Below, piece after piece: positions 40,558-48,784 of a stretch of 64,000 bases of DNA (position 1 is the stretch's first letter; every line of letters starts with the position of its first letter). Position numbers and translations under genes: made by a program. The DNA comes from Candidatus Latescibacterota bacterium (GTDB taxonomy: Bacteria > Latescibacterota > UBA2968 > UBA8231), in NCBI GenBank assembly GCA_965200315.1, contig OZ241362.1:544001-608000 (forward strand), written 5' to 3'. A model generated the notes under the pieces. It worked only from the letters and a program-made list of their open reading frames with translations. It searched no databases and was not told the origin of the DNA.

Positions 40558-41632
40558 CAGCGACATGCTCCTCCCTCTGCAACTTGCACCCGTCGACAGC
40601 CTCTTCTTCCGCGATGCACGCCCCTTTGAGGAGGCCAGTCGCGCCGCCTCTGGCCTGCCCATGCCCCAGACCCTCGCCGGTGCCTTGCGCACCCTGCTGC
40701 TGGAGCATCACAGCGTGGACTTTGCCCAGTTAGCGAATCAGATCAAGGCAGGCAAACCGTTCGCCGAAGCCCTCTCTATAATCTGCCCGGCCGCCGCTGG
40801 CGTGGCCGCAGTGCGCTTGCGCGGCCCCTTTTTCACGTTGTCCGGTGAAGTCTTGGTGCGGGTCCCAAGCACCCTAAAGCAAATCGAAAAAACCGAGCAA
40901 CTCGTGCGGCTCGATCCATTGCAAAAACCCCCGCCCGGTTGGCAACCCCAAGCACCGGGCATGGTGCCGCTGTGGAGGCATGGCCGCAAACCAGCCAAAG
41001 CAATCGACGGCTTCCTCAAGCCCTCGGGCTTGCACCACTTCCTCACCGGCGACGTACCAACGCCGGATGACGTGGTGGCATCTAACGACGTTTACGATTT
41101 TGACGACCGCACGGGCATCGGCCTAGACGAACAGAGCAACACCGCCCAAGAAAGCCTCATCTACGGCATCAAGATGCTCGCACTGTGCCCCAAAGCCGGT
41201 CTATACGCCGAAGTGCGGGGCCCGGCCGACGCCTTGGCACCGCTTGCCGCTCAGGACGAGCCGCTCCTCATGCCCTTTGGCGGCGAGGGTCGGCGCGTCG
41301 TCGTCCGTGCAGCAGAGCAAGCAACGAACTGGTCGCAAGTACCGGCCACAGCCGACAAGGGCCGGTTGGTGCTGCTGACGGCACCGGCCTACTTCAACGG
41401 CTGGAAGCCCCCAGCGCTGGAGCCGCTCGCCGCGGCCGTCGGCCAGTACCAAGCCGTTTCCGGCTGGGACTTAGCCCAAGGCGGCCCCAAGCCCAACCGC
41501 TTCATGGTCCCGGCCGGCTCGGTGTACTTTCTGCCACCCCATACCCATGTACCCAGCGCCCTAGTCAGCGAAGAAGATGACGCGCTCGGCTGGGGCAGCT
41601 TTCTAGAAGGAAATTGGACCTATGTCGGATAA
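40550..41632 (+). CDS. cmr3: Type III-B Cmr3 (Cas5 group)
   Basis: PVDSLFFRDARPF, FGGEGR, SGWDL...PKP...VPAGSVYF, LGWG. Confidence 0.95.
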   Translation: MPNSDMLLPLQLAPVDSLFFRDARPFEEASRAASGLPMPQTLAGALRTLLLEHHSVDFAQLANQIKAGKPFAEALSIICPAAAGVAAVRLRGPFFTLSGEVLVRVPSTLKQIEKTEQLVRLDPLQKPPPGWQPQAPGMVPLWRHGRKPAKAIDGFLKPSGLHHFLTGDVPTPDDVVASNDVYDFDDRTGIGLDEQSNTAQESLIYGIKMLALCPKAGLYAEVRGPADALAPLAAQDEPLLMPFGGEGRRVVVRAAEQATNWSQVPATADKGRLVLLTAPAYFNGWKPPALEPLAAAVGQYQAVSGWDLAQGGPKPNRFMVPAGSVYFLPPHTHVPSALVSEEDDALGWGSFLEGNWTYVG

Positions 41633-42518
41633 AACCCTGCTGTTCATGCACGCCCTGACCGGGTTGCACCCAGGCAGCGGCACGGCCCTCGGCGTAGTCG
41701 ATCTGCCGGTGCAGCGCGAACGCCATACCCACTGGCCGACCATCCCCGGCTCGTCGCTGAAGGGCGTCCTCCGCGCCGAATGCCGGCGGGTTCTTGGCCG
41801 GGGAGCCGAGGACCTGCTAACGGCTTTTGGGCCGGAGATGGGCAACGCATCGGACCACGCCGGGGCCGTCGCCTTTGTGGACGCCCGCATTCTCGCCTTT
41901 CCGGTGCGCTCGCTGACCGGGGTGTTTGCTTGGGTGACCTGCCCGGCGGTGCTGGAGTGCCTCGCCCGCGACTTGGGGCTTGTGAGCAGCAACAAGCTCC
42001 CCGCCTTCCCCACTCCGAAGAAAGACACCGCTGCCTGTGTGCCCAACAGCCCGCTAATCGCGCACGACGAGCACCTGCTGTTGGAGGAATTTGAATTCGC
42101 CCTCGCCCGTGCCGACGCCGACGCCGACGCCAGCAAGATCGCCGACTGGATTGCGTGTCATGCCGTGCAAGACGAGGGGACAAGGGGCCGGCTGCGCCGT
42201 CACTTGGCCGTTTTGCACGACGACGATTTCACGCACTTCGTCCGCAACGCCACCGAAGTCGTCGCCCGCGTCGGCTTGGACTACGAATCGAAGACCGTGC
42301 GTAAGGGGGCGCTCTTTTACGAGGAATACCTACCGGCCGAGACCTTGTTCTATTCGCTGGTGCTGTCTAGCGACAGCCGCCGAGAATCGAATTCCAAAAG
42401 TGCCGCCCAGATCTTATCGTGGCTCCGCGACAACGCACCCACCGTGATTCAGATCGGCGGCGGCGAGACCGTTGGCAAGGGGCTATGTGCGGTCCACTTT
42501 GCGGAGGACATGCCATGA
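41622..42518 (+). CDS. cmr4: Type III-B Cmr4 (Cas7 group, target RNase)
   Basis: LHPGSG...VDLPVQRE (catalytic Asp present), IPGSSLKG, QIGGGETVGKG. Confidence 0.96.
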   Translation: MSDKTLLFMHALTGLHPGSGTALGVVDLPVQRERHTHWPTIPGSSLKGVLRAECRRVLGRGAEDLLTAFGPEMGNASDHAGAVAFVDARILAFPVRSLTGVFAWVTCPAVLECLARDLGLVSSNKLPAFPTPKKDTAACVPNSPLIAHDEHLLLEEFEFALARADADADASKIADWIACHAVQDEGTRGRLRRHLAVLHDDDFTHFVRNATEVVARVGLDYESKTVRKGALFYEEYLPAETLFYSLVLSSDSRRESNSKSAAQILSWLRDNAPTVIQIGGGETVGKGLCAVHFAEDMP

Positions 42519-42919
42519 GCACACTCGACCAGCGCCGGGCACAACACGCTTGGGACGCCGTAGAGCAAGCGGCCAAACTCAAAGAAGACGACAAGAAAAC
42601 CTTCGCCCGCGAGGCCAAGAAGCTCCCCATCCGCATCAAGACCGCAGGGCTTGGGCAAGCCGTTGCCTTTCTCCGTGCCAAGAAAGACAAGAAAAAGCGA
42701 GAAGATGAAGATCCTCGCATACGCCTACTGAGAGAGCTTGGCAACTGGCTCCTCGACGAGCGTGGCCTAGAGTCGCCTTCGCAGGATGAGGACGCCCTAA
42801 TCCAAGCCATCATCCGCGGCGACGCCGACCTGCTGCGCCGCGCCACCGAAGAGGCCCTGTTGTACTTGCAATGGCTGACGCGCTTTGCCGAAGCAGAAAT
42901 CGGGACCGGAGATGACTAA
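42515..42919 (+). CDS. cmr5: Type III-B Cmr5 small subunit
   Basis: TLDQRRA, KLPIRIKTAGLGQAVAFL, ATEEALLYLQWLTRFA. Confidence 0.93.
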   Translation: MSTLDQRRAQHAWDAVEQAAKLKEDDKKTFAREAKKLPIRIKTAGLGQAVAFLRAKKDKKKREDEDPRIRLLRELGNWLLDERGLESPSQDEDALIQAIIRGDADLLRRATEEALLYLQWLTRFAEAEIGTGDD

Positions 42920-45215
42920 AATTATGTCAGAGGTTCCGACCCTGCCGAAAACGACCCGCGACCTGCTCGCGGCTGTTGGCGTTAAAAAACGCCACCCCGG
43001 CCTCCAGCTAGACAAGCTATCGGCTGTCGGCAATATGGAAAGCCAGAAGCAGGCGTTGGAGAAAGTCACCGCTACGCACCGCGACAATCAGCTATTGCAA
43101 AAGCTACGCGACCGCCGCTGCGACACCTTAGACCAACTCTTGGCCCAGCGGCTGACGATGACCACGGGCGGTCCGCTGACCCTGCATCTGTCGCGCTCGG
43201 GCGCACTCGAAAACGCCGGTATCGCCCTGCACCCACTCTACGGCTTTGCATACCTGCCGGGCAGCGGCATCAAGGGGCTTACTCGGGCCTATGCCGAGAC
43301 TATATGGGCACCGGCTCAGCCCGACCCGGAAAAGGCGTGGCGGCAAATTGAAGGGGCATTTGGCTGGAGCAGGGGATCGGAACGCCACAAAGGGAATTGG
43401 CGGCCCCAAACAGTCGAGCCTCAAGCAGGAGCCTCGACCGGCCGCATCGTCTTTCACGACGCTTGGCCCCTGTGTTGGCCTAAGCTCATCATCGACATCG
43501 CCAACAATCACCATCCCGCCTACTACGACGGCCAAGACGATCCGGGCGACTGGGAAGACCCGACGCCGATCTACTTTCTCGCTCTCGGCGCGGGCGAGCA
43601 GTTCGACTTCGCCCTGTCAGACCGCAAGCGCGAAAACGACCGTCTGCTCAGCTTGGCCTGCGACTGGCTGAAAAGTGCCCTGACTATCGAGGGAGCCGGA
43701 GCCAAGACCGCCGCCGGCTACGGCCGCTTCAAGCCGAAGGAAGGAAAACGAGCCTCCATCCCGCAAACGCTATGTAGTGCGACCTATGATCTGCGGCTGG
43801 CATCGCCAGCTTTTCTCGCCGGTGCCAATCAGCAGCAAGAAGACTGCGATTTGCGGCCCGCCACCTTGCGCGGCCTATTGCGCTGGTGGTGGCGCACCAT
43901 GCATGCGGCCCACCTCGACCGCGCTACGCTCAAAAAGCTGGAAACCGCCGTTTGGGGCGACGCCGAGAGCGGCAGCCCAGTGCGGATTGCCGTGGAGCGA
44001 GAGGGAGACGAGAAGCCGACGAAGTACGACCACAAGGACGACAAGAAAAAGTTCCTGCCGGAATCCAATTTTAAGCGTCAGCATGACCTTCAAGCCCCTC
44101 CAGACAAGAAGACGACCCAAGGGCTATTCTACGCTTCCTACGGCATGGACGACGCAGGCAAGAAGCGTTGGTACCGACCCGCAGGGACACGGTGGTCCAT
44201 CCGCCTTGACGTCCGGCGCGGTCGCTTGCCAGTCAACACCCCACACATGCAACCGCTAAAAATTGAACCCGCCGACCTACTCGCTCAGGCTGAGGTCGCT
44301 CTCTGGCTGCTGTGCCGTTTTGGCGGCGTCGGCTCAAAAGGACGCAAGGGCTTCGGATCTTTTGCGGACATTGAAGTCGAGGGCATTGCCAACGCACAGG
44401 ATTGCCAAGACCGTGCTAGGGACTTCAGGAGGCATACATGCCAGCTTAGCGATCACCAAGGCAAGACAGGTTCGCCCGCGCTAGAGCAAATGAACACATG
44501 TGAGATTCTGACGCCTTGGAGCGACCCTTGGACGGTACTCGACCAACTTGGCTATGCGGTCCAAGGCTTCGCCCAGCAATATGCACATGACGAGCGCAAA
44601 AAAGCCCTCGGCCTGCCGCGGAAAATCCACGGTCCCCGATCTTTACCAATAGTTCATCAAAAACAAAATCCTCGCAACCACAAGCAGCCTAAGACGTTAT
44701 CCGCCGGCGGAATTAAGCGGCACACCGCGCCCATTCACTATCACTTAGCGACAACAGACGAGGGCAAGCTACTCGTCCGCGCAACCGCTTTCCCAGCGCA
44801 TCGGCTACCCAATTATCGGAAAAGCAAAGAGATGCTGGACAAACTGGTGGCCTTTCTCAAAGAGGATCTGAAGAAACGCGTAGAACAGAATCCCAACATC
44901 GGCCAAAACCAAGGTGGGAACAGCCCGGCGAAACCGGCGAAACCCCTCCCCCAAGCCCGCGACCGCGTTCAAGCCGAACTCTTAGACGAAAAGACGAAGA
45001 AAGGCCGTTGGAAAGCCAAGCTCTTAGATGGGGAACTACAAGGCCCGATACAAGACCACGAAAACGTGCCGGACGACGCTAAGCCGGGGCAGCGTGTCGA
45101 ACTGACGGTGGTCTCTGTTAGCGAGAGAGAGGTGCAGTTCAGATGGAAACCGCTTCCAACGCCCAAGAAAACATCCGGCCAGAACAATGAACAACGGCGA
45201 GGACGCCGACGATAG
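42912..45215 (+). CDS. cmr6: Cmr6-Cmr1 fusion RAMP with C-terminal beta-rich extension
   Basis: Cmr6 motifs (YLPGSGIKG, FHDAWP, GAGAKTAAGYG), then Cmr1 motifs (LRGLLRWWWR, GGVGSKGRKGFGS, LGLPR). Confidence 0.9.
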   Translation: MTKIMSEVPTLPKTTRDLLAAVGVKKRHPGLQLDKLSAVGNMESQKQALEKVTATHRDNQLLQKLRDRRCDTLDQLLAQRLTMTTGGPLTLHLSRSGALENAGIALHPLYGFAYLPGSGIKGLTRAYAETIWAPAQPDPEKAWRQIEGAFGWSRGSERHKGNWRPQTVEPQAGASTGRIVFHDAWPLCWPKLIIDIANNHHPAYYDGQDDPGDWEDPTPIYFLALGAGEQFDFALSDRKRENDRLLSLACDWLKSALTIEGAGAKTAAGYGRFKPKEGKRASIPQTLCSATYDLRLASPAFLAGANQQQEDCDLRPATLRGLLRWWWRTMHAAHLDRATLKKLETAVWGDAESGSPVRIAVEREGDEKPTKYDHKDDKKKFLPESNFKRQHDLQAPPDKKTTQGLFYASYGMDDAGKKRWYRPAGTRWSIRLDVRRGRLPVNTPHMQPLKIEPADLLAQAEVALWLLCRFGGVGSKGRKGFGSFADIEVEGIANAQDCQDRARDFRRHTCQLSDHQGKTGSPALEQMNTCEILTPWSDPWTVLDQLGYAVQGFAQQYAHDERKKALGLPRKIHGPRSLPIVHQKQNPRNHKQPKTLSAGGIKRHTAPIHYHLATTDEGKLLVRATAFPAHRLPNYRKSKEMLDKLVAFLKEDLKKRVEQNPNIGQNQGGNSPAKPAKPLPQARDRVQAELLDEKTKKGRWKAKLLDGELQGPIQDHENVPDDAKPGQRVELTVVSVSEREVQFRWKPLPTPKKTSGQNNEQRRGRRR

Positions 45216-45233
45216 AACGCGTCCCGTTGAACA

Positions 45234-45250
45234 GCGGGCGAGACGCCCGC
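45234..45250. repeat. REP-like GC palindrome GCGGGCGAGACGCCCGC (related copies at 57484-57500 inverted and 60172-60194)
   Basis: Three intergenic or near-intergenic copies of the same hairpin. Confidence 0.65.
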
Positions 45251-45340
45251 CCTCCTAAGTCGCAAAAAAGCATTGAGTCGGACCGCTAACCCTAGTCATA
45301 TTGAAAATCCACTTCAACACCGCAACCCCTTAGAAACGCA

Positions 45341-46045
45341 ATGGAAGTTTTGAACTCATTGGCCGCCAAACCAACGCGGCCCCTATTGGAAAACGGCGAC
45401 CGGCTCACGCGAGCGGAATTTGAGCAACGCTACGAGGCCATGCCCGAAGTAAAAAAGGCCGAACTCATCAATGGAGTAGTATATATGGGCTCCCCCGTTC
45501 GCTTTCGTGCCCACGGCCACCCACACGTATTGCTGCTCACTTGGCTAGGGACATATAGCGCATTCACCCCAGGGGTTCTTTGTGCGGACAACGCCACGGT
45601 GCGGCTCGGGGCCGATAGCGAGCTTCAGCCGGATGCCTTGCTGCGCCTAGAGTTAGAGGTGGGGGGAAAGTCGCGGATTAGCACCGACGATTACGTAGAA
45701 GGCCCTCCAGAGTTAGTTGCCGAAATCGCAGCTAGCAGCACCTCGTACGATATGCACGATAAAATGGACGTGTATCGCCGCAGCGGTGTGCCGGAATACC
45801 TAGTCTGGCGCGTGTACGACGAGCAACTCGACTGGTTTGCCTTGCACGACGGTGCGTATATCCGCCTACTGCCCGATACGGCGGGCGCGATTTCGAGCGA
45901 CATATTTCCGGGGTTGCGATTGTTCCCATCGGCCTTGTTGGCCCATAATGCGGCGCAAGTCGTGGCCGAATTGCAAAAAGGCCTGGCGACGACCGCGCAC
46001 ACCGCGTTTATTGATCGCTTAGGAAGCGAAAAACCCAATGCCTAG
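45341..46045 (+). CDS. Uma2-family (PD-(D/E)xK) endonuclease
   Basis: LENGDRLTRAEFE, AELING, QPDA, PELVAEIA, GVPEYLVW. Confidence 0.92.
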   Translation: MEVLNSLAAKPTRPLLENGDRLTRAEFEQRYEAMPEVKKAELINGVVYMGSPVRFRAHGHPHVLLLTWLGTYSAFTPGVLCADNATVRLGADSELQPDALLRLELEVGGKSRISTDDYVEGPPELVAEIAASSTSYDMHDKMDVYRRSGVPEYLVWRVYDEQLDWFALHDGAYIRLLPDTAGAISSDIFPGLRLFPSALLAHNAAQVVAELQKGLATTAHTAFIDRLGSEKPNA

Positions 46046-46103
46046 ACACACTCTTATATGCACCATTGGCACCCACAACGCGCGCAAGCGCAAGGAGAGC
46101 ACC

Positions 46104-47222
46104 ATGACGACAATGCCTAGACACACCCTCATCTGCACCATTGGCACCAGCTTGTTCTACCCCAACCTGTCCAAGCTCGCGCAAACGAATCCAACGAATC
46201 CGCTAGGCAAGGCGTATGCGGGGCAAAAATGGAAGAACGTAGCCAGCCAACTGCATCTGCTTGAACCTACTGATCGGCAGTGTGGAGCCGAGATCAACTC
46301 GGTAGCCGATCTCCTACGCCGCGAATACATCGACAAGGTTCACTTACATCTGCTGTATTCCGATACGTCGGATGGAGAGCACATTGCCGCTGTCTTGGAC
46401 GCGTACTTTGCGGACGATGGCTGGCAGGTGCAAACCCATAGAGTATGCGATTTAAGCGACCAAGATCCGAGGGCGTTTCGCACCCGCGGCTTGCGCAACC
46501 TAGCCAAAATTCTCGGCCAATTGGTGCGCGACGCCGGGCCAGACTACTGCGCCATCAACGCTACCGGCGGCTACAAGGCGCAGATCGCCATTGCCGTGCT
46601 CATGGGTCAAGCCCTCGGCATTCCGGTGTACTACAAGCACGAGCGTTTTGATGAAATTATTCCCTTTCCGCCCATGCCAGTGGCCCTCGATTTTTCGCTC
46701 TGGCTCCGGGCCAGCGGCATGTTTACAGCACTCAGCCAGCCCAACGCCTGCGTGCCGGAGGCGCAGTTCAGCGAGGACTGGGATGAGCGCTTTGAGCCGC
46801 TGGTCGAACGGGTATCTATCGACGGCGTAAACTACCTCGAACTCTCGGCGACCGGCCAGATTTTTCACGACACCTTCCGTTCGCGTTTTCAGCAGCAGCA
46901 AGCCGGCAGCCTGCCGCCCGAGTCAAGCAAAAAGGAGGACCCTGAGCTGGGAGCGCACAGCTACAAAAACGCACACGAAACCATTTCGCGCTTTTTGCAA
47001 AAAATCACCGATGAGCGGCCTTACGTCCGTTCCTGTCACTCAACGTACTGGAACCCGGACCTACCTGAAGCGAATCGATTTCGCCTGTCCGGCGGACAAG
47101 TCCAAGGCATCTACTCGAACAGAACTTGGTGCGTGAAGTTCACAGTGCTTACAACCGCCAGCGAGCAGGACGACTTAGGCGTTGTCGTGGCCGATCTCAA
47201 CGAGTGGCTTAGTGATCAATAG
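46104..47222 (+). CDS. CRISPR-associated CARF protein (APE2256 family) with wHTH and DUF2103-like C-terminal domain
   Basis: ICTIGTS, GAEINS, SDT..G, NATGGYK, YYKHE.F. ATG 46104 follows an AAGGAG RBS; an in-frame upstream start exists at 46038. Confidence 0.85.
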   Translation: MTTMPRHTLICTIGTSLFYPNLSKLAQTNPTNPLGKAYAGQKWKNVASQLHLLEPTDRQCGAEINSVADLLRREYIDKVHLHLLYSDTSDGEHIAAVLDAYFADDGWQVQTHRVCDLSDQDPRAFRTRGLRNLAKILGQLVRDAGPDYCAINATGGYKAQIAIAVLMGQALGIPVYYKHERFDEIIPFPPMPVALDFSLWLRASGMFTALSQPNACVPEAQFSEDWDERFEPLVERVSIDGVNYLELSATGQIFHDTFRSRFQQQQAGSLPPESSKKEDPELGAHSYKNAHETISRFLQKITDERPYVRSCHSTYWNPDLPEANRFRLSGGQVQGIYSNRTWCVKFTVLTTASEQDDLGVVVADLNEWLSDQ

Positions 47223-47239
47223 AGGCGACGCGCAACCGC

Positions 47240-48289
47240 ATGGCGACTTCATTGCTCACTCTCTACGTCACCGAACCGTCCGCTGTAGTTCGCCGCTCGG
47301 CTGGCTCCCTCATCGTCACCCTCGACGAAGACCCAGACGGCGGCGGCCCCTTGCCCGAGCGTCGCCATCGCCTCCTTGAGGTGGAGCCGCATCGCTTGGA
47401 GCTGATTGCGCTGGTTGGCCGCGCCCATATCACTTTAGACGCAACGCGGCTTTGCTTGGAGCAAGGCATTGCGGTCGCTTGGTTTCGCCGCAACGGCGAC
47501 TTTATCGGCCGCCTCGTGCCCGAGCTATCGCGCACAGCCGATCTGCGCTTGGCCCAGTTTCGCCTCGCCGACGACGAGCAGCGAGCACTGCCGCTAGCCC
47601 AAACCTTTGTCGCTGCTAAGCTCCACAATGCGGCCTCTGTGCTCGCGGCCCTGCGCTCCAACCGCCGTAACGAGCCGACCCTCGGACGCTCCATAAGTGA
47701 ACTCAAGGCCCTCGCCGCAACGGTTGACCAAGCATCCACCCGGGAAACTCTACTCGGGTTTGAGGGCGATGCGGCCCGCCGCTACTTTGCCGGCCTCAAA
47801 ATCGGCTTCACCAGCGACATCCGCTTTACTAGGCGCGCCCGCCGGCCGCCGCCGGACCCGGCCAATGCTCTGCTCTCGTTTGGCTACGTGCTGTTGGCCA
47901 ATGCCTTGGCCAGCCTACTGGAGGCCCGCGGCTTTGACCCGTATTTAGGCTTTATGCACACGGTGCGTTCCGGTCGGCCCAGTTTGGCTCTCGACCTGCT
48001 CGAAGAATTGCGGCATCCGGTGGTCGATCGCTTTGTCTTGCGGGCCTGCAATTTGCGCCAGTTGCGGCCCGCCCACTTTGAGACCGATCCAAAGCGGGGT
48101 GGTGTACGTCTTACACCCGCTGGGTTGCGCGTTTTCTTTCGCATTTGGGAAGCATTTATGGACGCGCCCCTACCCGGGACTGGAGACACTATTTCGCCGG
48201 AAGATTTGCTCCGCCGTCAAGCCGACCGCTTAGCCGATCACGTGAGGGGACGCCAGCCATACCAGCCCTTGCTTCTGCGCCACGTATAA
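47240..48289 (+). CDS. cas1: CRISPR-associated endonuclease Cas1 (no RT or Cas4 fusion)
   Basis: LLGFEGDAARRYF, RPPPDPANALLSFGY, GFDPYLGFMH, LALDLLEELR. Confidence 0.96.
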   Translation: MATSLLTLYVTEPSAVVRRSAGSLIVTLDEDPDGGGPLPERRHRLLEVEPHRLELIALVGRAHITLDATRLCLEQGIAVAWFRRNGDFIGRLVPELSRTADLRLAQFRLADDEQRALPLAQTFVAAKLHNAASVLAALRSNRRNEPTLGRSISELKALAATVDQASTRETLLGFEGDAARRYFAGLKIGFTSDIRFTRRARRPPPDPANALLSFGYVLLANALASLLEARGFDPYLGFMHTVRSGRPSLALDLLEELRHPVVDRFVLRACNLRQLRPAHFETDPKRGGVRLTPAGLRVFFRIWEAFMDAPLPGTGDTISPEDLLRRQADRLADHVRGRQPYQPLLLRHV

Positions 48290-48300
48290 GGAGCGTTGCC

Positions 48301-48588
48301 ATGTCTCATTATGTCGTCTGCTACGATGTGGTCGATAACCGCCGCCGCTACAAGGTGGCTGCTTGTCTGGATGCCTATGGCGACCGCGTACAGGACAGCG
48401 TGTTTGAACTGCCCGTGGATCGCACACTCTTGGATAAATGCCTCGTCGCGCTTGCAGATTTGATCGACCCAGACAAAGACAACATCGCTGTCTATCGCCT
48501 ATGCACCACTTGCGCGAGCGAGCGTTTCTATTTGGGAACGGGCGCAAGGGCTGGGCGCATCGGCGAGGAGCAGGTCTTTATTGCATAA
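48301..48588 (+). CDS. cas2: CRISPR-associated Cas2
   Basis: YVVCYDV..NRRR...YGDRVQDSVFE; AAGGAG RBS. Confidence 0.95.
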   Translation: MSHYVVCYDVVDNRRRYKVAACLDAYGDRVQDSVFELPVDRTLLDKCLVALADLIDPDKDNIAVYRLCTTCASERFYLGTGARAGRIGEEQVFIA

Positions 48589-48784
48589 AGGACATTCGTA
48601 ACCTTCATTCCTCCTCCAAACGAAAGGGGATTACGAATTTGACTAAGCCTTTGAATTTCTTATCTTTACATGCCACGCACTCACACGGATGCCGCTGCGG
48701 TAGGCAGAGCTTATACGCTCCGCCATTGGGTTACGAAATTCGTCCAGCTAACTGCTTGTTAGACAAGCAAATAGCCGAGATGGA
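48589..48784 (+). promoter_or_regulatory. CRISPR leader
   Basis: Relatively AT-rich non-coding stretch between cas2 and the first repeat; TGCTTGT-tag-ACAAGCA palindrome near the repeat. Confidence 0.75.
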
